Origin: the human T2T-CHM13v2.0 reference genome, Homo sapiens
DNA length: 64,000 nucleotides
Direction: 5' to 3' (one strand)
Assembly: GCF_009914755.1 (NCBI RefSeq)
Contig: NC_060933.1
Below the pieces are notes generated by a model. The model did no database searches, was not told where the DNA came from, and worked only from the letters and a program-made list of their open reading frames with translations. Position numbers and translations under genes: made by a program. Position 1 is the first letter of the stretch; each line of letters starts with the position of its first letter. Below are positions 44,439 through 64,000 of the stretch, one piece after another.

Positions 44439-44738
44439 TTTTTTTTTTTTATTTTTTGCAACAGAGTCTCGCTGTGTACCCCAGGCTGCAGTGCAGTGGT
44501 GCAATCAAGGCTCACTGCAACCTCTGCCTCCCGGGTTGAAGTGATTCTCCCTGCCTCAGCCTCCCGAGTAGCTGGGATTACAGGTGCTCGCCAGCACGCC
44601 CTGCTAATTTTTGTATTTTTAGTAGAGACAGGGTTTCACCATGTTGGCCAGGCTGGTCTCAAACTCCTGACCTCATGATCTGCCTGCCTCAGCCTCCCAA
44701 AGTGCTGGGATTACAGGCGTGAGCCACCACGCCGGGCC
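44439..44738 (-). mobile_element. AluS (Sg/Sx-like)
   Basis: TSD TAAAATCTT. Confidence 0.92.
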
Positions 44739-44931
44739 TAAAATCTTAATTAAAAGATATAATGGAAACATAGACAACATAAATAATATTGCCAAAAAAT
44801 ACAAACATAGGATTGGTAATCATGAAGACTATATTAGGCTAACACGAGAGAATGAAAAGTAAATGAAGCTTTGAATAATAGAGTAGGCATTCTGTATCTT
44901 TGATGGAAAAACTAAACATGGCAAAGATTGA

Positions 44932-45234
<303 letters not shown>

Positions 45235-46749
45235 TGAATTTCTTTAAAAAATAATGTGTAATTTAATTTTGATTCCAATAATAATTTCAATTGGACTTTG
45301 TTTTTGTTTTTTTACTACTTAAAAAATTGACTTGAAAATATCCTACCAGGTAAACAGCAAGCATAAATTGCACAGATAAGTTTGGAGGAAAAGGTTCCTG
45401 TGATTAAAATGTTATTGTTAAAATAGTATGATAAGGAACAAGGATAGATAGATAATTTATTAAAACAAGATAGAGAGTTTTAAAACAGACTAGGTAGGAT
45501 ATTTGATAAAAGAAGCTTCATGTATCAATGAGGGGAGAAACGTATTATTCAGTGCAGCATTTCAGATATTGGCCTTTTAGAAAAAAATAAAAATAATTTC
45601 TCACTGAGTCAGGCATATCAATAGTATTCAATATTCTCATCTTCAAAATGAAAGGGTTAAGAGATCTCCAAGGATTTCTTATTCTGTTAGTCTCTGAACT
45701 AAAAATTGTAAGAAGTAAGAGTTATGAATAGAGTAGGAGGAGAAAAATCAGTCAGAAGAGAGAAAAAAGCTGAAGTTCCAGCAAATGCGCACATACACAC
45801 ACACACACACAGAAACCCTGCAGGTGAAAGTGGATTTATCCATGCAGAAAGGGATGGAAAAAGCCAAATGAAATGGGCATTCAATGTGCTTGCCAAATGC
45901 CAAATTAGGGTAACATGTGGTTTATAAACAGTAAACTCGAGCATTCAGCTTCCTTTTCTTTTCTTCTTGGTCCAATCTCTTTAGTTCTTTAAAGTCTCAC
46001 CTTATGTTGCTACCTCGGTATAGAAAATGAGGGGTGGAGGAGAAAGATTGGACATAATTCAGATACTTTCAGTATGTTTTTGGTGGGTATAAATTTAAAA
46101 TGCTTATTTTGTTGCACATCAAGCTGCTATTTAAGGCTTAAGGACAAAAAAAGTCAAAATACTGAAGGTTGAAGAAATGGTGTTCAATTTCCCTGGAATC
46201 GGGGGCTCAAACATTTCATCTTTGAGAATCTAGTTATTCACTCTGAATGAAAAAATTTTGGTGCAGTTGAAATCACTTTATGCAGTGAAATGCAAATTAT
46301 GGGTGAACAAATTATAGCCTGCTGCTTTTGCCTGGTTTTGGACTATACCTAGCATCATGCATAATTTGTAGAAAAGTGTCTGCATAGAGAAACCAGGGAA
46401 AACCATTTAGCCATGTGCAAATCAGTTTACCCAGAGGAAGGCAATGAAAAGGAGAACACTGTTATCTCCTCACCAGCTTAATGCTGTTCCTGATGAAAAT
46501 CGCCTGAGGTCACACAAGAAACGTGGTGTAGTAATTATGTGCACTCAAATAGCTTCCCATTGGAAAGAAATAATCCACACTGGTAACTGAATCAAGCAAA
46601 ACAGGCATAAAATTAAGCAGATTCATTTTATTTCAACTGTAAATTTCAGCAACAGGGGAAGAAAGTGGATACTAGAATAAGTTAGAAGCAGCAGTTGGTG
46701 GTTCTGAAGCATCAGGTAATTCGACTCAGGGTGACTATTGTCTCCATTT

Positions 46750-50420
<3,671 letters not shown>

Positions 50421-52725
50421 TTTCATTTTAATCCATTTGCTGCTGCCAGAAAATTTAATTTCATTTTTAGTTAGTAGGCCACTGACTAGTTTAGTGCGTA
50501 GACTTCATGTTTCCATGGTTCTTTAGTTTGTTTAATTGTCTCAAAGTGGTAACCAATAAAAGTTTCCAAATTTAAAACCTTTCATTTGTAAATGGATTTC
50601 TATGAAACTTGTAAGTACAAAATCTCAGAAAGATACAATTAAATTATACTACATGATATCTACATGTCACAGAATCATGATCAGAAGTTTTCACTCCTGC
50701 TCCCAAATAAAATGTTGGCCTGACAGATATTTTCAAGTAAAATACTTGGCTATTCTTGAATCTGTAAGAACATGAGTCTTTTAAATTACAGCATCTGAAC
50801 AAAAAATTCAGGGAAAAAGAAATAAATAGGCCCTTGACTATGGCCTGCCAGAATCCAGTTTGGAGATAAAAAGGGCTTAATTTGGAGGCACAGATAACAT
50901 TGTACTATTAATTTCCTAGACTACTTGCCTAACTTTGATTTGTCTCATCCAAGAAATGACTGAGAAGGGAAAGTGTATAGTATTATCTAGTCTTTTGTTT
51001 AACTTTTACCTGTTTCTTCATGGAATTAAATGATAAAAGAGAAACAAAAATAGGTTCTTAAATTAAGCATCAAGACTAAAGATAGATATTTAAGACACAT
51101 TTTAATGATTAATTGTGAAATCACCCTTCAAAAGATGGAAAAGAAATTTTGAAACAATTCTTGGCTTGGTCAGGAAGACAATTAGTGTCTTCAGTTAAAA
51201 CTATGATAATAGTGTTGTCACCAAAATGGTGGAATAGGGAGCCCTAGGCCTTGTTCCCCAATAGAGACAGCAACTTAACAACAATATATGGAACAAATTA
51301 CCTTTTTTGGAACTCCAGAAACAACTTATGTTGCAGCACCCCAGGTAAATCCAAAGCCAAGAAGAGCTGTATTGAAGTGGATAAGAAAGTGTATTATATT
51401 TACTTGTGATACCCCCTTCAACTAGTGTGCACAGCACAGTATGCTCAAGAGAGAATTTGGAATATCAGAAACATAAAGTGGGAGGCAAGACGTAAAAGAA
51501 GTAGAGTTTTTGCATGTGATTGAAGTTGTTACCAGTTTAAAATATATTGTTGAAACTTTAAGATGTTTTATGTGATCCCCATGGTAACCACAAAGAGAAC
51601 AGCTTGTGAATGTACACAAAAGAAAATGTGATCCTTTCAGTAACCACAAAGAAAATAGCTAATGAAAATACACAAAAGAAAATGAAAAAGAAATCAAGGC
51701 ATATACTACCAAAAAGAAAATCAATGAAACAAAAAGGAAGGATGCCAGAGAGAGAGAGGTACAAAATAGCTACAAGGCATACAAAAACACAATGAATAAA
51801 ATGTCAATAGCAGTTCTTCCATATTAGTAATATCTTTCATGTAAATAGACTAGTTTCCCCAATAAAAAGACAGGTTGGCTGAATGGATTAAAAAATTCTA
51901 CTATATGCTGTGTACAAGAGACTCACTTTAAATCTAAGGAGACATATAAGGTGAAAGTAAAAGAATAGAAAAGATACTCCCTGCAAATTGTAACAAAAAG
52001 AGAGTATACAAAAACAGAGTATAGGTGGCTACATCTATACCAGAAAAAAAATAGTCATTAAGTAAAAAATATCACAAGGTACAAAGAACAATATATAATA
52101 ACCTGGTCCATTTACCAGGAAAATATAATAATTATAAATATATACACACCTAACGTCAGTGTTCTCAAATATGTGAAGCAGACATTGACAAGATTCAAGG
52201 GAGAAATAAACAGCATACAATAATAGTAGGATTCAATACTCCACTTTCAATAATGGGTAGAACAGCCAGCAGAAGATCAATAATGGGACAGAGGACATGA
52301 ATAACATCATAGACCAAATGGACCAAATACACATCCATACAACATTTCACCCAACAATGGCAGAATACACATTCTTCTCAAGCACAGTTGGAACATTCTG
52401 CGAGAAAGACCACATACTAGACCACTAAACAAGTCTTAACAGTTTTAAGCAGATTGAAATAATATCAAGTATTTTTCCCAGTACAATAGAATGAAACTAG
52501 AAATCAATAGCAGAAGAAAAACTGGAAAATTCATGAATATGCAGAATTTAATCAACACGCTCTTAAATAACCAATGAATCAAAGAAGGAATCACAAGGAA
52601 AATTGCAAAATAATTTGTAAAAAAGAAACAAAAATACAACACACTAAAACTTACAGAAGCAGCAAAAGCAATACTAAGAGAGAATTTTATAGTGGAATAT
52701 GCCATAAAAAAAAGAAAGGCCTCTT

Positions 52726-53030
<305 letters not shown>

Positions 53031-54092
53031 TCAACAAGTTAATTTTATACACAAAGGAACCAGTAAAAGAGAACAAACTAAATCCAAAGTTAGCAGAAGG
53101 AAGAATATAAAGATTAGAGTAAGAATAAATGGAATAAAGAATAACTTTTATAAAAGTTAGATTTAAAAAATAACAACAAAATTGAAAATCCTTTAGCTAT
53201 ATTAAGAAAAAGAGAGAATACTCAAATAACTAAAATCAGAAATGAATGCCTCATTCATTTTTTATCAGATATTATAACTGATGCCACAGAAATAGAAAGG
53301 ATTATAAGGGACTACTAAGAACAATTATAAGCCAACGAGTTAGGCAAACTAGAAGAAATGGGTGAATTCGTGGTAAGATACAACCTACCAAGATGGAATC
53401 ATGAAGAAATAAAGAAATCTGAACAGATGTGTAACTAGTAAGGAGAATAAATCAGTATTCAAAAATCTCCCAACAAAAAATGGACCAGACCCAAATGATT
53501 TCACTGGAGAATCTACCAAACATTTAAAGAAAAATTAATAATTATCCTTAACCTCTTCCAAAAAAATCACAGAGAGAAAACACTTCTAAACTTATTTTAT
53601 AAGGGCAACATTACCCTGATACCAAACCTAGACAAAGATACAAGAAAACTATAGATTATTACACCTGATGAATATTAATGAAAAATCCTCAACAAAATAT
53701 TTGCAAACTGAATTTAACAGTACATTCAAAGAACTATATATTGTGACCAGGTTTTATTCCTCCTAATGCAAGGATAGTTCAATATATGAAAATCAGTGTA
53801 ATACATTGCATTAACAGAATAAAAGACAAAAAGCACACAATCATCTTAATTGATTCAGAAAAAGCATGTGACAAAATTGAACACCCTTTCATGACAAAAT
53901 TAAGAAACGAAGAGTAGAAAAAAATTACCTCAACATAATAAATGTTATGTGTGGGTTTGAATAAGTATGTATGTATATGTATAGATATACACATAAATGT
54001 TATATAAATATAATATGTGTGCACACATACAGGGCTAACACCATACTCAATGATGAAAACCTGAAAACTTTCCCTAAGATCAAGAACAAGGC

Positions 54093-55118
54093 GGGGCAGT
54101 TCCAAGATGGCCGAATAGGAACAGCTCCAGTCTAAGCTCCCAGCGTAAGTGATGGAGAAGATGGGTGATTTCTGCATTTCCAACTGAGGTACTGGCTTCA
54201 TCTCACTGGGGCTTGTCAGATAGTGGGGGCAGGACAGTGGGTGCAGCCCACTGAGCATGAGCTGAAGCAGGGCAAGGCGTCGCCTCACCTGGGAAGCACA
54301 AGGGGTCAGGGAATTCCCTTTCCTAGCCAAGGGAAGCAGTGACAGAAGGCACCTGGAAAATTGGGTCACTCCCACCCTAATACTGCACTTTTCCAATGGT
54401 CTTAGCAAACAGCACACCAGGAGATTATATCCCGTGCATGGCTCGGAGGGTCCCATGCCCACGGAGCCTCACTTATTGCTAGCACAGCAGTCTGAGATTG
54501 AACTGCAAGGCGGCAGTGAGGCTGGGGAAGGGGCACCTGCCATTGCTGAGGCTTGAGTAGGTAAACAAAGTGGCCTGGAAGCTCGAACTGTGTGGAGCCC
54601 ACAACAGCTCAAGGAGGCCTGCCTGCCTCTGTAGACTCCACCTCTGGGGACAGGGCATAGCTGAACAAAAGGCAGCAGAAACCTCTGCAGACTTAAATGT
54701 CCCTGTCTGACAGCTTTGAGGAGAGTAGTGGTTCTCCCAGCATGGAGTTTGAGATCTGAGAACAGATAGACTGCCTCCTCAAGTGGGTCCCTGACCCCTG
54801 AGTAGCCTAACTGGGAGGCACCATCCAGTAGGGGCAGACTGACACCTTACACGGCCAGGTACCACACTGAGATGAAGCTTCCAGAAGAGCAATCAGGCAG
54901 CAAGATTTGCTGTTCAGCAATATTCACTGTTCTGCAGCCTCCGCTGCTGATACCCAGGCAAACAGGGGCTGGAGTGGACCTCCAGCAAACTCCAACAGAC
55001 CTGCAGCTGAGAGTCCTGCCTGTTAGAAGGAAAACTAACAAACAGAAAGGACATCCACACCAAAACCCCATCTGTACGTCACCATCATCAAAGACCAAAG
55101 GTAGATAAAACCACAAAG
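54093..55118 (+). promoter_or_regulatory. L1 5'UTR internal sense/antisense promoter (CpG-decayed)
   Basis: YY1 site CAAGATGGCC at 54103-54112; retains the ~129-bp segment (about 54863-54990) that carries the ZNF93 site and is deleted in the youngest L1PA. Confidence 0.8.
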
Positions 55119-56112
55119 ATGGGGAAAAAACAGGGCAGAAAAGCTGAAAATTCTAAAAATCAGAGTGCCTCTCCCCTTCCAAAGGAATGCAGCTCCTCTC
55201 CAGCAATGGAACAAAGCTGGACAGACAATGACTTTGACAAGAGAAGAAAGCTTCAGATGATCAAACTTCTCCAAGCTAAAGGAGGAAGTTTGAACCCATC
55301 GCAAAGAAGCTAAAAACCTTGAAAAAAGATTAGACGAATGGCTGACTAGAATAACCAGTGTAGAGAAGACCTTAAAGGACCTGATGGACTGAAAACCGTG
55401 GCACAAGAACTACGTGACGAATGCACAAGCTTCAGTAGCCGATTCGATCAGTGGTTGAAGATCAGATGAATGAAATGAAGTGAGAAGAGAAGTTTAGAGA
55501 AAAAAGAGTAAAAAGAAACGAACAAAGCCTCCAAGAAATATGGGACTATGTGAAAAGACCAAATCTATGTCTGATTGGTGTACCTGAAAGTGACGGGGAG
55601 AAATGGAACCAAGTTGGAAAACACTTTGCAGGATATTATCCAGGAGAACTTTCCCAAGCTAGCAAGGCAGGCCAACATTCAAATTCAGGAAATACAGAGA
55701 ATGCCACAAAGATACTCCTTGAGAAGAGCAACTCCAAGACACATAACTGTCAGATTCATCAAAGTTGAAATGAAGGAAAAAATGTCAAGGGCAGCCAGAG
55801 AGAAAGGTCAGGTTACCCACAAAGGGAAGCCCATCAAACTAACAGAGGATCTCTCGGCAGAAACTCTACAAGCCAGAAGAGAGTGGGGGCCAATATTCAA
55901 CATTCTTAAAGAAAAGAATTTTCAACCCAGAGTTTCATATCCAGCCAAACTAAGCTTCATAAGAGAAGGAGAAATAAAATCCTTTACAGACCAGCAAATT
56001 CTGAGAGATTTTTGTCACTACCAGGCCTGCCCTACAAGAGCTCTTGAAAGAAGCACTAAACATGGAAAGGAAAAACCGGTACAAGTCACTGCAAAAATAT
56101 GCCAGATTGTAA
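55119..56112 (+). pseudogene. L1 ORF1p, disrupted
   Basis: MGKKQGRK start; frameshifts and stops; ~19-bp ATCA-microhomology deletion near 55450; RRM/CTD segment in ORF 55575-56168. Confidence 0.93.
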
Positions 56113-56175
56113 AGGCCATCGATGCTAGGAAGAAACTGCATCAACTAATGAGCAAACTAACCAGCTAACATCATA

Positions 56176-60003
<3,828 letters not shown>

Positions 60004-60257
60004 ACAATCAGAACACTTGGACACAGGAAGGGGAACATCACACACTGGGGCCTGTTGTTGGGTGGGGGGAGGGATAGCATTAGGAGATAAACCTAATGTA
60101 AATGATGAGTTAATGTGTGCAGCACACCAACATGGCACATGTATACATAGGTATCAAATTTGCACATTGTGCACATGTACTCTAGAACTTAAAAGTATAA
60201 TAATAATAAAAAAAAAAGAAAAAGAACAAGGCAAGAATGTCCATACTGACCACTTCT

Positions 60258-60568
60258 TTTTTTTTTTTTTTTTTTTTGAGACGGAGTCTCGCTCTGTTCC
60301 CCAGGCTGGGGTGCAGGGGCACGATCTCGGCTCACTGCAAGCTCCGCCTCCCGGGTTCAGCCATTCTTCTGCCTCAGCCTCCTGAGTAGCTGGGACTACA
60401 GGCGCCCGCCACCATGCCCGGCTAATTTTTTTTTTTTTTTGTATTTTTTTAGTAGAGACGGGGTTTCACCGTGTTAGCCAGGATGGTCTCGATCTCCTGA
60501 CCTCGTGATCCTCCTGCCTTGGCCTCCCAAAGTGCTGGGATTACAGGCGTGAACCACCACGCCTGGCC
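60258..60568 (-). mobile_element. AluY
   Basis: 16-bp TSD CATACTGACCACTTCT at 60242-60257 and 60569-60584. Confidence 0.96.
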
Positions 60569-60935
60569 CATACTGACCACTTCTATTCAACATAGTAGTG
60601 ACAGTCTTAGCCTGGGAAATTAGATATGAGAAAGAAATAACAGCTATCCAAAATGGAAAGCAAGAAGTAAAATGATCTCTGTTTACAGATGACATAATCT
60701 TATTGTAGAAAGCACTAAAAACTGTTAGAACTAATAAATTCAACAAAATTTTATAATCCAAAGTGAACAAAAAGTAATTGCATATTTATACACTAACAGT
60801 CAGTAATCCAAAAACGCATTTAAGAAAACAATCCCATCAAGAACTTATAAAAGCATAAACAATAGTAACAAGAAGAATAAGATACTTTGGAATAAACTTA
60901 ACCAAGGATGGGAAAACCTTGCACACTGAAAACTA

Positions 60936-61258
<323 letters not shown>

Positions 61259-62899
61259 AAACCTACAAGACATTGCTGAAAGAAATTAAAGAGACATAAA
61301 TAAATAGAAAGACATCCTGTACTCATGAATTGAAAGACTTAGTGTTAAGATATCCATGTACCCAAAGTGATTTACTGATTCAATGCAATTCTTAACAAAA
61401 TGCAAATGACTTTTTTGCAGAAATGGAATAAAACCATTCTATAATTTACATAGAATCTCAAGGGACCCTGCATAGCCAAAACAATCTTAAAAAAGAAGAA
61501 TGAAGTTAGAGTGCTCACACTTTTGATTTTAAGAATATTTTGAAGCTACAGTAATTAAAGACAGTGTAACACTGGCATAAAGACACATATACAGACCAAT
61601 GAAACAGAACAGGAAGTTCAGAATTAAACTCTCACATACATGATCTTCAACAAGGGTACCAAGACAAAACAATGGGGAAAGGACAGTCTCTTCAATAATT
61701 GATGTTGTAAACACTAGATATCCACATGCAAAAGAATGAAGTTGAAACTTAACCTTACATCATATATAAAAATTAACTTAAAATTGATTAAAGACCTAGA
61801 CATGAGACCTACAACTGTAAAATGACTAGGAGAAAAGTGTAAGAAAAGCTTCATGACACTGAATTTGGTAATGATTTCTTGAATATGATACCAAAAGAAT
61901 AGGAAACAAAAGAAAAAGGTAGACAAATAGGACTACATCAAACTTAAAAATTTTTGCACATCAAAGAAACAGTGACAAAGCAACCTGTGAAATGAGAGAA
62001 AATATTTGCAAATTATATCTAAAAGGGGTTAATATCCAGAATACTTGTCTATAGAGAACCACTACAAGTCAACAACAAAAGACAATCTGTTAAAAAAATG
62101 GGCCAAGAACTTGAATAGACATTCCTCCCAAGAAGAAGTATAAACATTAAAAAAATGTTCAGTGCCTTTAATCAAATTAAAACTACAATGAGCGATCGCC
62201 TACCCATCAGGATGGTCACTACAAAAAAAGACCAAGCAAAACATATTGGAAGGATGAGAAGAAACTGGAACCCTTTTACACTGTTGGTAGGAATGAAAAA
62301 ATGGTGCAGCTGCTATGGAAAAATGATCTGAGGTTCCCCAAATAATTAAAAATAGAACTACTATATGATCCAGGAATCTCACTTCTGGGTATGTATGCAA
62401 AAGAACTAAAATAATTATGTCAAAGAGTTATCTGCATACCCATGTTAACTGCAGCATTATTCACAAAAGTCAAGAGTTGGAAGCAACCCAAATGTCTATT
62501 AAAAGATGAATAAAGAAAATGTGGAATATACATATAATGGAATACTATTTGACCTTAACAAAGAAGAAAATTCTGTCACATGCTACAACATGAATGAACC
62601 TTGAGGATATTGTACTAAGTGAAATAAGCCAATCACAAAAAGACAAGTATTGTATGATTACATTTATAGGAGGTTTCAAAAATAGACAAACTCATAGAAA
62701 CAGAAACTACAATGGTGATTGCCAGAGACTGGGGACATGGAGAAATGGGGAGACGTTGTTTAACTGGTTTAGTTTCAGGTTTGCAAGATTAAAAAGTTCT
62801 GGAGATTTGTTACACAACACTGTGCATACAGTGAACGCTACTGAACTGTGCACTTAAAAAGTGGTTGAAATGGTAAATTTCTTATGTGTTTTAAAATAT

Positions 62900-63225
62900 A
62901 TATATATTTTTTAATTTTTAATTTTTTTTTAATTTTTTTGAGACAGAGTCTCACTCTGTTGCCTGGGCTGGAGTGCAGTGGCGTGATCTCGGCTCACTGC
63001 AAGCTCTGCCTCCTGGGTTCACGCCATTCTCCTGCCTCAGCCTCCTGAGCAGCTGGGACTACAGGTGCCCGCCACCAGGCCCAGCTAATTTTTTTGTAGT
63101 TTTTAGTAGAGATGGGGTTTTTCACCGTGTTAGCCAGGCTGGTCTCGAACTCCCGACCTCAGGTGATCCGCCCACCTCGGCCTCCCAAAGTGCTGGGATT
63201 ACCGCGTGAGCCACCACGCCTGGCC
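62900..63225 (-). mobile_element. Mosaic Alu (AluY right arm, AluSx-type 5' left arm)
   Basis: Y-type GCAAGCTC/TTCACGCCATTC/GTGTTAGCC then S-type CAGGCTGGTCTCGAACTC..GACCTCAGGTGATC; TSD-like TATGTGTTTT(T)AAAAT. Confidence 0.85.
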
Positions 63226-64000
63226 TGTATGTGTTTTTAAAATCACAATGAGAAATTAAAAAATAAAATGAAAATAAGAAATGCTTAGCATATAAGAAAG
63301 TGAAGCATCGAAGCCCACGAAGATACAGCGAGTTTGCTTACTCCCAGCTTGTCTGGCACTGTCCAGATCTTACTGCCGATAGCCCTGCACCCTGAGTATA
63401 ACCTCAGTCCCAGGCACACCAGGTGTTTGGATATTCTATATGAAAACCAGAGCATTTAAAGAAATGGTGTAAACAGAATAAAGGTATTTTGTTGAAAGTA
63501 AAGTATAATGCTATCCTTACTTGGTAATCCCATTGCCTTTAAAGTGAAGCATATTACTGGGATGTAAACCTGTATTTTTCTCTCTTGGCTCTTTAACAGA
63601 TTCTCCAGATCTGTCTTATTTATATTTCCTTCAAAATACTTCTGTGATTTCTATCTTTTCTTGTTTCCAAGCCACACTTCAGCTTCATTCCTTATGCACA
63701 GGAGAGCCTGTTCTTGGTTTCTTTTCTTCCAGGTTCTGATTTTTAATCTGCCCAAATTGTAACTGGGACATTTATTGACAAAAAGAAATTTGAACATGTA
63801 ACAGCCTTTTTTTTCCTTCTAATTTTTAAGTGGTTTCTAATTAGGTAATTTCCTGAAGATTAAAGTTCTTAAAGTCTCTGATTTATTAGTTCATCATTCT
63901 TAATTTTTTCAGTTTTCTATCATTGTCTAGTAGAGTATGTCCAGTTGATAGGATATCTGAGGACATATTATCTCTCCATCAATTTATTTCTGTATTACAC

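Overview
This is hominoid (human or ape) genomic DNA, either intronic or intergenic. I can recognise no protein-coding exon, RNA gene or CpG island. Most of the window is transposable-element sequence: 31 Alus (about 20 with AluY-type diagnostics) and a full-length but disabled L1PA5-type LINE-1 with target-site duplications (TSDs), nested in an older L1MB-type element. It also holds several other old L1 remnants, MER39 and THE1D/MSTA LTRs, MER5/MER20/MER53 DNA-transposon relics, and L2/MIR fragments. Nearly all supplied ORFs are Alu, L1 or microsatellite translation noise. Two recent-looking inverted duplications of the same polarity are the most unusual structures: a perfect 107-bp fold-back at 24999-25244 and a ~552-bp, ~99%-identical inverted copy at 48801-49352/49895-50447 with serial templated junction insertions. 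Both look like replication template-switch scars. Secondary leads are a CpG-rich hairpin within a candidate terminal exon near 43.0-43.5 kb, a triplicated MER20 end beside a TF-motif cluster, an interrupted MER53, an intact L1 endonuclease ORF, and an apparent local excess of AluY. I found no convincing new gene system. Repeat subfamily calls are from recalled consensus features and need RepeatMasker/Dfam confirmation.
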